Source: Edaphobacter sp. (GTDB lineage: Bacteria > Acidobacteriota > Terriglobia > Terriglobales > Acidobacteriaceae). From it: a DNA stretch of 64,000 nt. The notes beneath the pieces were generated by a model. That model did not search any database and was not told where the DNA came from. It was given only the letters and a program-made list of their open reading frames with translations. The stretch spans positions 324 to 64,323 of the forward strand of contig DATJJJ010000057.1 in NCBI GenBank assembly GCA_035492215.1. Reading direction: 5' to 3'. Below are positions 10,266-18,635 of this stretch, in pieces. The translations under genes were made by a program, and so were the position numbers. The stretch's first letter is position 1. Each line of letters begins with the position of its first letter.

Positions 10266-10516
10266 GGGATTACCCCCCTCCGTACTTATTGATGCAAAGT
10301 ATTCATCGGAAGAGACTTAGATTGGTACTTCGGTCGCGGATCCCGATGAAAGAGGAAGTCTGCGGAAGGGGCTTTGCTGCAAGGCATACTCCTGCGGCTT
10401 GAAGCTGTCTTTGTAAGTCCCTGTTTTTATTTTAATTGCGGAACTAAAACTGATCGGCAGTGTTAAGTGGCTGATAGGGAAGCCTTTGTGGCGGGAAGGA
10501 GCTTGACAGGAATTTG
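10266..10516. repeat. Dispersed intergenic element, copy 1
   Basis: Shares TACCCCC-N4-GTACTT, TGCAAA-N18-TTAG and CTGATCGGCA-N43-TTGACAGGA with 32135-32343. Central stem AGGGGCTT/AAGTCCCT followed by a T-rich tract. Confidence 0.75.
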
Positions 10517-10597
10517 CTCTCCTCATGTTGCTTCCCTCAAGGCCCTGAAGGAATTGCCTTTGGGAGCCAACTCGTGTCGGGTTAGGATGAACACTGC

Positions 10598-11608
10598 ATG
10601 CGACGGCCACTGGTTTTGCTTCTAGTCCTTTGCTTTTGCGGATTTGTAAAAGCGCAGAGTTCCATTGAGCGGGTTTACGTCTTCGGAGACAGCTACTCGG
10701 ATATCGGCCGGGGTTGGGTGGATACGAACGGACCCACGGCGGTCGCTTACATGGCGCAGGATATGGGGCTAGCCATGGTGCCTTCCAATACGCCGGATGC
10801 AGAGGAGAAGAGCCTGAACTTTGCGGTGAGCGGAGCGCCTACCGGCGAAAATCCAGGGCATCGCATTCTGAAAGCATGCTTTGGACTCGGCATGAAGAAC
10901 CAGGTGAAGAACTTTACTGCAAGTGTGCAAGACGGCACACTCTCGTTCGATCCTCAATCGACGGTCTTCTTTCTTGCGGGTGGATTGAATGACAGCAAGA
11001 TTCCGACGGAGGAGACGATTGCGAATCTTGAAGGAGAGATCCAGATGCTGTACGCGGCAGGTGCACGACGTTTCCGCGTGGCCGTACTTCCGGAGAAGAT
11101 TCCTGGATTCAGCGAGGTGGCCCAGAGGCTGAATCCAGCGATTCGGAATATTCCCGCGGCGATGGAGCCGAAACTGAACGGTGCGGGAGTCAAGCTGAGC
11201 CAGTGGGGCGCGTTCTTCGACGAGGTGATGACGAACCCCGGTAAGTATGGGATTACCGATACAACGCATGCATGTTCGGGACGCTCGATCTTTGGAGAGG
11301 ATGCAACGCCGTGCGATTCGCCTGCGACTCATTACTACTTCTATAAAGACCATCCTTCGACGGCGGTTCATAAGGCTGTGGGAGAGATGCTGTATGCGGA
11401 GCTGACGGGGAAGAAACCAGCGTCTGCCATGGCAACGGTCAAGCTAGCGGCTCCATCTGCCGCTGCGGCGAATAAGCCTGCGGCTTCAACGGGCGGAGTA
11501 ACCAAACCGAGTGTGTCTCCGACGAGTGCTGCGGTCAAGCCAACGGCTTCTTCCACGAGTGCTGTGCCAGCGACTGTTACAGATGGAAAAGTAAAGACCG
11601 TGCGCTAA
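10598..11608 (+). CDS. Secreted SGNH/GDSL hydrolase with Ala/Ser/Thr/Pro-rich C-terminal tail
   Basis: Signal peptide, FGDSYSD (block I), NFAVSGA, GGLND, DxHPS (KDHPS). Confidence 0.9.
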   Translation: MRRPLVLLLVLCFCGFVKAQSSIERVYVFGDSYSDIGRGWVDTNGPTAVAYMAQDMGLAMVPSNTPDAEEKSLNFAVSGAPTGENPGHRILKACFGLGMKNQVKNFTASVQDGTLSFDPQSTVFFLAGGLNDSKIPTEETIANLEGEIQMLYAAGARRFRVAVLPEKIPGFSEVAQRLNPAIRNIPAAMEPKLNGAGVKLSQWGAFFDEVMTNPGKYGITDTTHACSGRSIFGEDATPCDSPATHYYFYKDHPSTAVHKAVGEMLYAELTGKKPASAMATVKLAAPSAAAANKPAASTGGVTKPSVSPTSAAVKPTASSTSAVPATVTDGKVKTVR

Positions 11609-11819
11609 AAGACGAGCTCAGCTCCTTCGGACTCGATTGGGAATTCATGGTCCTCGCCATCAAGGACTATGATGATCGGCATGAATGAAGAGCAGTTCAG
11701 GATCGATGCAAGTGCTCCTGGCAATGAGGATAGGACGTATGCCTCATGTAATTGTCTGGTATTCGCGATATAAAGCTGCCTCATTCTGAAAACGACCCAG
11801 AATAGCCACAAGGAGCTTT

Positions 11820-13400
11820 ATGGAAAGTAAATTTCTAGTCCGCGCCTGTACCGGACTTTCTCTTGCAGCGTGCACGCTTGTGCCTCATCTGGTTGCGCAA
11901 AGCCCGCGTTCTGCCGCGGCTGCTCCTGCGACACCTTCAGCGAATGCCCCGATGGAGGAGAAGCCGTACGATCTGCTGTTGAAGGGCGGCCATGTTATCG
12001 ATACAAAGAACAACCTCGATGCGATACGAGATGTCGCCATCAAGGATGGCAAGATCGCCAAGGTTGCCGTGGGAATTCCTGCAAGCTCCGCGATCAAGAC
12101 GGTGAATGTTGCGGGCCTTTATGTGACGCCGGGCCTGATCGATATTCACGTTCATGTGTTCTGGGGCCTGACGAAGGATGACTATGCCGGCGGCGATTGG
12201 GCGATTATGCCGGACGGATTTACGCTCAGGGACGGCGTGACCACGGTGGTCGATGCAGGCTCTTCGGGGTGGCGCAACTTCGAGACCTTCAAAGAGCGTG
12301 TGATCGATCGTTCGCAGACGCGTGTTCTGGCTGAGTTGAACATCGTGGGCGCGGGCATGGGCAGCGGCCCGATTGAGCAGAACATGAAGGATATGGACGG
12401 CGAGAAGACCGGTGAGATGGCTCTGAAGTATCCGGGCATCATCGTCGGGGTGAAGAGTGCTCACTTCACCGGGCCAGAGTGGTTCCCATACGATCAGGCG
12501 ATCAAGGCGGGAACGATCGCGCATATTCCTGTGATGATCGACTACGGTTCGCGCCGGGTTGAACGTCCGTTGTATCAGCTGCTGGAGAACAAGCTTCGAC
12601 CGGGCGACATTTATACGCACATGTACGGCGGCAACCGCGGCGAGCAGGACGAGGCGACGGGCGGACCGGGCAAGGGGATGTGGGAAGGACGCAAGCGCGG
12701 CATCTACTTCGATGTGGGCCATGGGCAGAGCAGCTTCCTGTTCAGCGTGGCTGTACCGCTGATCAAGGCGGGTTTCATTCCCGACTCGATCTCGACGGAC
12801 ATTCATACGGATAACCTGAATGAAGGTCTGAAGGATCAGCTGACGACGGCGGACAAGTTTCTCGCGATGGGACTGCCGCTGAAGGAAGTGATCGCGGAGA
12901 TGACGTGGCACCCGGCGGTGGAGATGCAGCAGACCCAGCTGGGGCAGCTTACGGAGGGCGCGATTGCCGATGTGGCGGTGCTGAACGTTCATCATGGCGA
13001 CTATGGCTTTATCGATGGATCCGGAGCCGTGATGAAGGGCCACGAGAGGCTGGAGTGCGAGCTTACGATCAAAGACGGCAAGTTCGTCTACGATCTGAAT
13101 GGCCGCGCGGCCCCGGCTTGGGATGAGCCTTTGAGCGAGGCTACGAAGGAAGGGAAGAAGTGGACCTCGCTTCGGATCCCGGGACCTCCGAGACGTCCTG
13201 CGAATGCACAGCAGGCGGCGCGCATGTCGCGGTTCCCGCCGCGTTGGGTGCCGTATGAGGTCGACGCCGACGGCAAGGCAACGTTGAAGCCGAACGCAAA
13301 GCTGCCGCCCGCGGGGGCGAAGACGGCGAAGCCAGAGGCTCCGCCTGCCTCGACATGGAAGACGCCTCCGGCGGATTCGTGGCCTCCGGCACAGAAGTAG
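11820..13400 (+). CDS. Amidohydrolase/deacetylase-family metallohydrolase (dihydroorotase-like) with signal peptide
   Basis: PGLIDIHVH, GVTTVVDAGSSG, RPGDIYTH, FDVGHG, ISTDIH motifs. Confidence 0.9.
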   Translation: MESKFLVRACTGLSLAACTLVPHLVAQSPRSAAAAPATPSANAPMEEKPYDLLLKGGHVIDTKNNLDAIRDVAIKDGKIAKVAVGIPASSAIKTVNVAGLYVTPGLIDIHVHVFWGLTKDDYAGGDWAIMPDGFTLRDGVTTVVDAGSSGWRNFETFKERVIDRSQTRVLAELNIVGAGMGSGPIEQNMKDMDGEKTGEMALKYPGIIVGVKSAHFTGPEWFPYDQAIKAGTIAHIPVMIDYGSRRVERPLYQLLENKLRPGDIYTHMYGGNRGEQDEATGGPGKGMWEGRKRGIYFDVGHGQSSFLFSVAVPLIKAGFIPDSISTDIHTDNLNEGLKDQLTTADKFLAMGLPLKEVIAEMTWHPAVEMQQTQLGQLTEGAIADVAVLNVHHGDYGFIDGSGAVMKGHERLECELTIKDGKFVYDLNGRAAPAWDEPLSEATKEGKKWTSLRIPGPPRRPANAQQAARMSRFPPRWVPYEVDADGKATLKPNAKLPPAGAKTAKPEAPPASTWKTPPADSWPPAQK

Positions 13401-13418
13401 AAGGCTGAGATGAAAGAG

Positions 13419-13452
13419 AAAATCGCGCTCCGATACGGGGCGCGATTTTTTT
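13419..13452. terminator. Bidirectional intrinsic terminator
   Basis: AAAATCGCGCTCCG-ATA-CGGGGCGCGATTTT followed by further T's, between convergent amidohydrolase and uvrC. Confidence 0.85.
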
Positions 13453-13469
13453 GTGAATTCCGATAAGTG

Positions 13470-15467
13470 TCAGTTGAGGACGGACAGGTTTGTTTTTGCA
13501 GGTAGGGCTTCGGTAGCGAAGTGCTGGCGGATGCGGTCGGCGGTGGCCTTGTTGACGACGGCGGTGAGGGCGTCGGGATTCTTTTCGGCGGTTTGACGGA
13601 TGGCGCGGATGGAGCCGAAGTGTTCGAGCAGGCGTTGGCGGGTGCGGGGGCCTACGCCGGGAATCTCGAGGAGTTCGGAGCTGCGGTCGCGCATCTCGCG
13701 GCGCTTGCGATGGTAGGTAATGGCGAAGCGGTGAGATTCGTCGCGGATCTTCTGGACGAGATGAAGCACGGGTGAGCGGCGGTCGAGGACGATGGGGTCG
13801 TTCTCCTGCCCGTAGACGTAGATGATCTCTTCGCGTTTGGCGATGGATGCGAGCGGCTGCAGGGTGACGCCGATCTCGTTGAGGGCATCGGCGGCGGCGT
13901 GAAGCTGGCCGAGGCCGCCGTCGATGAGGATGAGGGAGGGGAACTCTTTCTTGTCGGCGAGAAGGCGGGAGTAGCGGCGCTGGACGATCTCGCGCATGGA
14001 GGCGAAGTCATCGACGCCGGTGACGGTCTTGACCTGGAACTTGCGGTAGTCGGATTTCTTCATGGCACCGTCTTCCCAGACGACCATGGAGGCGACAGTT
14101 TCAGCACCCTGGATGTGGGAGATGTCGAAGCACTCGATGCGGCGCGGAATCTCTTCGAGCATGAGGGCGTCCTGCAGGGCCTGGGCGATGGCTTTTTGAG
14201 AGGGGATGAGGACGCGGAAACGCTGGTCGTAGGACTGCTTAGCGTTCTGGCCGACGAGGTCGACGAGAGAGCGTTTTTCGCCGCGTTGGGGAACGAGGAT
14301 CTCGACGCGGTGGCCGGAGCGCTCGGAGAGAAGCTCGGCGAGCGGGGCGCGGTCGGGGAAGTCGATGGGGACGAGGATGGAGCGGGGAACGTATCCCTGG
14401 TCGAGATAGAGCTGGCTGAGCAGCGAGGAGAAGAAGGCTGCGGGGGAGAAGGCAGTCGCCGGTTGCTGGTTGCCGGTTGCCAGTTCGGGATCGGTGAGGG
14501 GGGAGTGCTCCTCGGCGGAAGGGGAGTCGTCGTGGATCTCGGGAGCGGAGTAGTTGGGGTTCGGTTCGAGCGTGGGGTCGTCTTCGCTTTCGAAGGCAGT
14601 AAGGTCGGGGAGGTCTTCCCAGAAGAAGTCGCGCCGATCGACGATCTTGCCGGAGCGCATGTGGAAGAGATTCACCGCGAGCATCTCGTTCTCGTAATGG
14701 AAGCCGAAGACGTCAGCGTCTTCGTTGTCGGTGGTCGCGATGCGCTGCTTGTCGAGCATCTGGTGGACGGTGGTGAGCTGGTCGCGGAGACGTGCGGCGA
14801 GCTCGTACCGCTCGGCCTCTGCGGCCTGCTGCATGCGCTCCGTGAGGCGCTCGACGAGTTCTCCGGGGCGGCCTTCGAGGAAGAGCTGTACGTCGCGGAC
14901 GGCCTGGCGGTAGTCCTCGGGTGTGGTGAAGCCTTCGACGCAGGGGCCGAGACAACGCTTGATGTAGTACTGCAGGCAGGCGCGCGGGTGATAGCGGGAG
15001 AGGTCGACCTTGCAGGACGGAATGAGGAAGCTGCGGTGGATGAGGTCAACGAGGCGGTGCGCCAGGTTGCCGGGAAAGTAGGGACCGAAGTAGGCTGAGC
15101 CGTCTTTGCGCAGGCGACGAGTGACGAAGACCTTGGGATAGCGGTCGCTCATAGTGAGCTTGATGTAGGGGTAGGTCTTGTCGTCGCGAAGGAGGATGTT
15201 GAAGCGCGGCTTGCGCTGCTTGATGAGGTTGTTTTCAAGTGCGAGGGCTTCGTGCTCGTTGGCGACGGTGATGTAGTCGACGTCGACGGCCTCGCGCATG
15301 AGGGTGCCGGTTTTGGCGTTGGCCTGCGAGGCGGCGAGGAAGTAGGAGCGGACTCGTGCGCGGAGATTCTTGGCCTTGCCGACGTAGATAACCTCGCCCT
15401 CGGCGTTTTTGTAGAGATAACAGCCGGGAGAGGTGGGAAGGGTCCGGATTTTGTCGTAGAGGTCCAT
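13470..15467 (-). CDS. uvrC: Excinuclease ABC subunit C, with an internal acidic insertion
   Basis: GIY-YIG N-terminus (PGCYLY..IYVGKAKNL), UVR domain, RIECFDISH, IDGGLGQ, RDESHRFA, HhH motifs. Confidence 0.98.
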   Translation of the reverse strand: MDLYDKIRTLPTSPGCYLYKNAEGEVIYVGKAKNLRARVRSYFLAASQANAKTGTLMREAVDVDYITVANEHEALALENNLIKQRKPRFNILLRDDKTYPYIKLTMSDRYPKVFVTRRLRKDGSAYFGPYFPGNLAHRLVDLIHRSFLIPSCKVDLSRYHPRACLQYYIKRCLGPCVEGFTTPEDYRQAVRDVQLFLEGRPGELVERLTERMQQAAEAERYELAARLRDQLTTVHQMLDKQRIATTDNEDADVFGFHYENEMLAVNLFHMRSGKIVDRRDFFWEDLPDLTAFESEDDPTLEPNPNYSAPEIHDDSPSAEEHSPLTDPELATGNQQPATAFSPAAFFSSLLSQLYLDQGYVPRSILVPIDFPDRAPLAELLSERSGHRVEILVPQRGEKRSLVDLVGQNAKQSYDQRFRVLIPSQKAIAQALQDALMLEEIPRRIECFDISHIQGAETVASMVVWEDGAMKKSDYRKFQVKTVTGVDDFASMREIVQRRYSRLLADKKEFPSLILIDGGLGQLHAAADALNEIGVTLQPLASIAKREEIIYVYGQENDPIVLDRRSPVLHLVQKIRDESHRFAITYHRKRREMRDRSSELLEIPGVGPRTRQRLLEHFGSIRAIRQTAEKNPDALTAVVNKATADRIRQHFATEALPAKTNLSVLN
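14453..14485. repeat. Heptanucleotide tandem repeat inside the uvrC insertion
   Basis: CAGTCGC CGGTTGC TGGTTGC CGGTTGC CAGTT (~4.7 units). Confidence 0.65.
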
Positions 15468-15672
15468 TGCGGATGGAACAGCGCCTGCAAGTGCTGATGG
15501 GTAGAGACTTAACTTCCTAGTGTAGACCTGATCGCAGGAAAAGGTTGCTTGAGTAGATTTGACGCAGATTCACAACAAAAGTTCCAGATGAGAAGAGGCT
15601 TGCAAATGTGAAGCGTTCTTCATGGCTTCGTGTAAGTGTATGAAAAATATTGGTTTATTTTTTGTTTTGTTT

Positions 15673-15688
15673 TGGCATGGCGATTGCA
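15673..15688 (+). promoter_or_regulatory. Sigma54 (-24/-12) promoter
   Basis: TGGCATG-GCGA-TTGCA with GG-N10-GC spacing exact; AT-rich, weakly IHF-like tract at 15633-15670 upstream; rpoN present in window. Confidence 0.75.
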
Positions 15689-15740
15689 TTTGCTATGAGT
15701 GAATTGATGCAGCATGTCTGCAACGAAGGAGATGACACTC

Positions 15741-16487
15741 ATGGGCTCCACGACACGTACCTTTCTTGGCAAAGAGATGAAAGTCGGTTCTGCCGGAACA
15801 CTTGTACTTACCAGTGCGCTGTTGCTTACGTTTACGGTGGGATGTTCGAGCAAGAACTATGTGCGGTCGCAGACGCAACCGCTGATTGACCAGACCAACA
15901 AGCTGGATGCAAAGACGGCCAGCGACCACCGCACCATTGTAGACACGGATGAGCGCGCTCAGGCGGGCATCAACAAGGCGCAGACCTCGGCGGATACAGC
16001 AGACCAGCATGCTCAGGCTGCAGGCCAGGCTGCGAATACGGCGGGACAGTCGGCTACGGAGGCTTATAACCGTGTGCAGACTCTCCAGGGTGTCGTGGCG
16101 AATCTGGATAACTACAAAGAAGTCTCGAACGTGAATGTCACCTTCAAGTTCGACAAGTCGGTTTTGACCGCCGACGATCGGAAGCAGCTGGATGACTTTG
16201 CTGCGTCTCTCGCGGACAAGCGGAGCTACATTCTGGCAGTGACGGGCGGTACGGATACGACCGGAGATGCGAACTACAACTACTCGCTCAGCCAGCGCAG
16301 AGCAGATGCGGTTGTGAATTATCTTTCGACGAAATACAACATTCCACCCCATAAGTTCTATCTGATAGGTATCGGTGAGGATCAGCAGGTAGCGTCGGAT
16401 AACACCGCTGCCGGCCGAGCCAAGAATCGCCGGGTTGAGGTGAAGCTGATGACGAACATGGATCAGCAGGCCTCAGCGAGCCGATAG
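15741..16487 (+). CDS. OmpA-family lipoprotein with Ala-rich coiled-coil
   Basis: SD AAGGAGA before ATG 15741; lipobox TVGC; FKFDKS, GGTD, LSQRRA, NRRVEV OmpA_C motifs. Confidence 0.92.
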   Translation: MGSTTRTFLGKEMKVGSAGTLVLTSALLLTFTVGCSSKNYVRSQTQPLIDQTNKLDAKTASDHRTIVDTDERAQAGINKAQTSADTADQHAQAAGQAANTAGQSATEAYNRVQTLQGVVANLDNYKEVSNVNVTFKFDKSVLTADDRKQLDDFAASLADKRSYILAVTGGTDTTGDANYNYSLSQRRADAVVNYLSTKYNIPPHKFYLIGIGEDQQVASDNTAAGRAKNRRVEVKLMTNMDQQASASR

Positions 16488-16526
16488 GGTTTCCCGCAAC
16501 ACCAATCTGCACGACCCACACACCGC

Positions 16527-16623
16527 AAGATGCCGGGGACGATATGCTGCGGACCCGGTATCTTCAATCCTCTCCCAGCGGCGGCAGGGCAGCATTAAGA
16601 AAGACCCTGCCAGCCACCCTCCT
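16527..16623 (+). ncRNA. Candidate structured RNA: two hairpins with a kissing-loop pseudoknot
   Basis: 11-bp stem 16527-37/16554-64 capped by tandem GA pairs; second stem 16580-89/16605-15; loop ATGCTG (16544-49) complementary to CAGCAT (16590-95). Confidence 0.55.
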
Positions 16624-16660
16624 ATCTTCTAAAAGTTCTTTTTGAGCATCCGGGTGAGAA

Positions 16661-16882
16661 TTACTGGCCTGGATCTTTAAGGGCGCGATAGACCACCCAG
16701 AGCAGGCCGGATGTAAGTACGACCCAGAGGAACTGATACCAGTAAAAGAAAGGGAAACCCAAGAGCGTCGGTGTTTCGCGCACGTAGATCTGCGGAAAGC
16801 AGAGCGCGAGGTACGGAGCGGCGAGAAGAATCCAGAGCGCAGGTTTTTTTCGCAGGGATGTCTTGCCGGTCTTGTCGCTCAT
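16661..16882 (-). CDS. Small membrane protein (DUF3311)
   Basis: P.LLGFPFFYWYQFLWV signature; two TM segments. Confidence 0.85.
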   Translation of the reverse strand: MSDKTGKTSLRKKPALWILLAAPYLALCFPQIYVRETPTLLGFPFFYWYQFLWVVLTSGLLWVVYRALKDPGQ

Positions 16883-16948
16883 GGTGTTCTGATGAGGATG
16901 CTACCACGCCAGATGCAGGCGCAGAGCCGCTTCGGGTAAAGTGGAGCT

Positions 16949-17776
16949 ATGGAAACATCGCAGAGTGAAGAGACTGCCCGGAGCCTTCTGGAGGCGGTGG
17001 AGATCATGGCTCGGCTTCGTGGGCCCGATGGATGTCCATGGGACCGGGAGCAGACCTTCGATACGATCAAGCGGTATACGCTCGAAGAGACCTATGAGGT
17101 CTTCGATGCGATTGAGCGGCGAGCCTGGCCAGACCTGAAGGATGAGCTTGGCGACCTGCTGCTGCAGGTTCTTTTCTACTCCCAGATGGCGGCTGAGGCC
17201 GGTTACTTCACCATCAATGATGTTGCGGCGAATCTGAATGCGAAGCTGATTCGGCGGCACCCGCATGTGTTTGGGGAGCGGGAAGCGGCGGATTCAGCAG
17301 CGGTGCTGCGCAACTGGGAAGAGATCAAGAGGGAAGAGAAGCAGGCTGCGGGTGTGAAGGCGGAGACTTCTCTGTTGAGTGAGGTTCCTCGCTCGATGCC
17401 GGCGCTGATGGAGGCGGGGAAGCTGGGCTCGCGCGCGGCGAAGGTGGGATTCGACTGGCCCGATGCAGAGGGGCTGTTTGCGAAGCTTGAGGAGGAGGCC
17501 GAAGAGATTCGTGCCGAGCTAAAGGATGAGAGGGATGCCGCCGCGGTCGAGGAAGAGGTTGGCGATCTGTTGTTTACAGTGGTGAATCTGGCGCGTCACC
17601 TGAAGGTAGACCCTGAGGCGGCGTTGCGGGGTGCGAATGCGAAGTTTCGCCGAAGGTTTGGCGCGATGGAAGAAGAGGCCGGCGGCCGTGAGGGACTTTC
17701 AGATTTAGGGCCCGAAGAATTGGACGCTTTGTGGCGACGAGCGAAGAGCAGCACGACTGAGATTGAAAAGACATAG
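16949..17776 (+). CDS. mazG: Nucleoside triphosphate pyrophosphohydrolase MazG
   Basis: GCPWDREQT, EETYEV, DELGDLLLQ, RRHPHVF, GFDW, EEEVGDLLF motifs. Confidence 0.96.
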   Translation: METSQSEETARSLLEAVEIMARLRGPDGCPWDREQTFDTIKRYTLEETYEVFDAIERRAWPDLKDELGDLLLQVLFYSQMAAEAGYFTINDVAANLNAKLIRRHPHVFGEREAADSAAVLRNWEEIKREEKQAAGVKAETSLLSEVPRSMPALMEAGKLGSRAAKVGFDWPDAEGLFAKLEEEAEEIRAELKDERDAAAVEEEVGDLLFTVVNLARHLKVDPEAALRGANAKFRRRFGAMEEEAGGREGLSDLGPEELDALWRRAKSSTTEIEKT

Positions 17777-17800
17777 TGAGGCAGAACGACAGGTTGAACA

Positions 17801-18577
17801 ATGAGTGAGAGAGATGAGGGCAGTATCGAAATCAGGCCTCTAACCACGCTGGAGCATTTTGACCGGTGCGTGGATCTGCAGGTGGAGGTGTGGGGGTACA
17901 GCGACGGCGACCTGATCCCCCGGCGCGTATTTCTGGTGGCGGAGAGAATTGGCGGGCAGGTGCTGGGAGCTTTCGATGGCGAGACCATGATCGGTTTTGC
18001 GATGGGGTTACCGGGATATCGCAAGGGGCACTCTTATCTGCACTCCCATATGCTGGCGGTGCTTCCGGGATATCGAAATGCAGGGCTGGGGCGCAGGCTG
18101 AAGCTGGCCCAACGCGAGGATGCGCTTGCCCGCGGATTCGATCTGATGGAATGGACGTTCGACCCGCTTGAGATCAAAAACGCCTATCTGAACATTGCCC
18201 GTCTGGGAGCTATCTCACGACGTTACAAAGCGGACTTTTATGGTCCGTCCTCTTCGCCCTTGCAGGGCGGATTGCCGACAGATAGGCTATACGCGGAATG
18301 GTGGTTGAGATCTCCCAGGGTTACGAAGATTCTGGGAGGAGAGGCCCCGGAAGTTAGGGTCGTAGAATATGTAACCGTACCGCACACCATTTATGAGTGG
18401 AAACAGGACCCCCAGAAACGATCGTTGGCGCAGCAGGTGCAGGCAGCGAATCGTGAAGCTCTGCAATCGGCTTTTGAACGCGGTTTGAGCGTTGTGGGTT
18501 ACGAACGTGATCCAGAGGGAAATGGAAGATTTCTGCTTGGTTCATGGAAGGATGAGGAGCAGGGAGCCTGGAGTTAA
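17801..18577 (+). CDS. GNAT acyltransferase (putative D-amino acid N-succinyltransferase)
   Basis: LHSHMLAV, GLGRRLKLAQR, WTFDPL..NA.LN, TDRL motifs; adjacent to OSBS/NSAR gene. Confidence 0.85.
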   Translation: MSERDEGSIEIRPLTTLEHFDRCVDLQVEVWGYSDGDLIPRRVFLVAERIGGQVLGAFDGETMIGFAMGLPGYRKGHSYLHSHMLAVLPGYRNAGLGRRLKLAQREDALARGFDLMEWTFDPLEIKNAYLNIARLGAISRRYKADFYGPSSSPLQGGLPTDRLYAEWWLRSPRVTKILGGEAPEVRVVEYVTVPHTIYEWKQDPQKRSLAQQVQAANREALQSAFERGLSVVGYERDPEGNGRFLLGSWKDEEQGAWS

Positions 18578-18635
18578 GAAAAAAATCAGGCCATACGCAT
18601 TCTCTAAAAGCAGACTGGAAGGACGGGACAGAACG

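Noticed and set aside
10503-10531. TTGACA in both element copies as the -35 box of a sigma70 promoter
   Set aside because: No acceptable -10 hexamer at 16-18 nt in either copy; treated as part of the element instead.
13899-15098. Long antisense ORFs (also 11937-13043, 18354-19538, 33116-33988, 37908-38954, 48150-49214, 53446-54681)
   Set aside because: Shadows of well-identified genes caused by GC-rich, biased codon usage; no recognisable domains.
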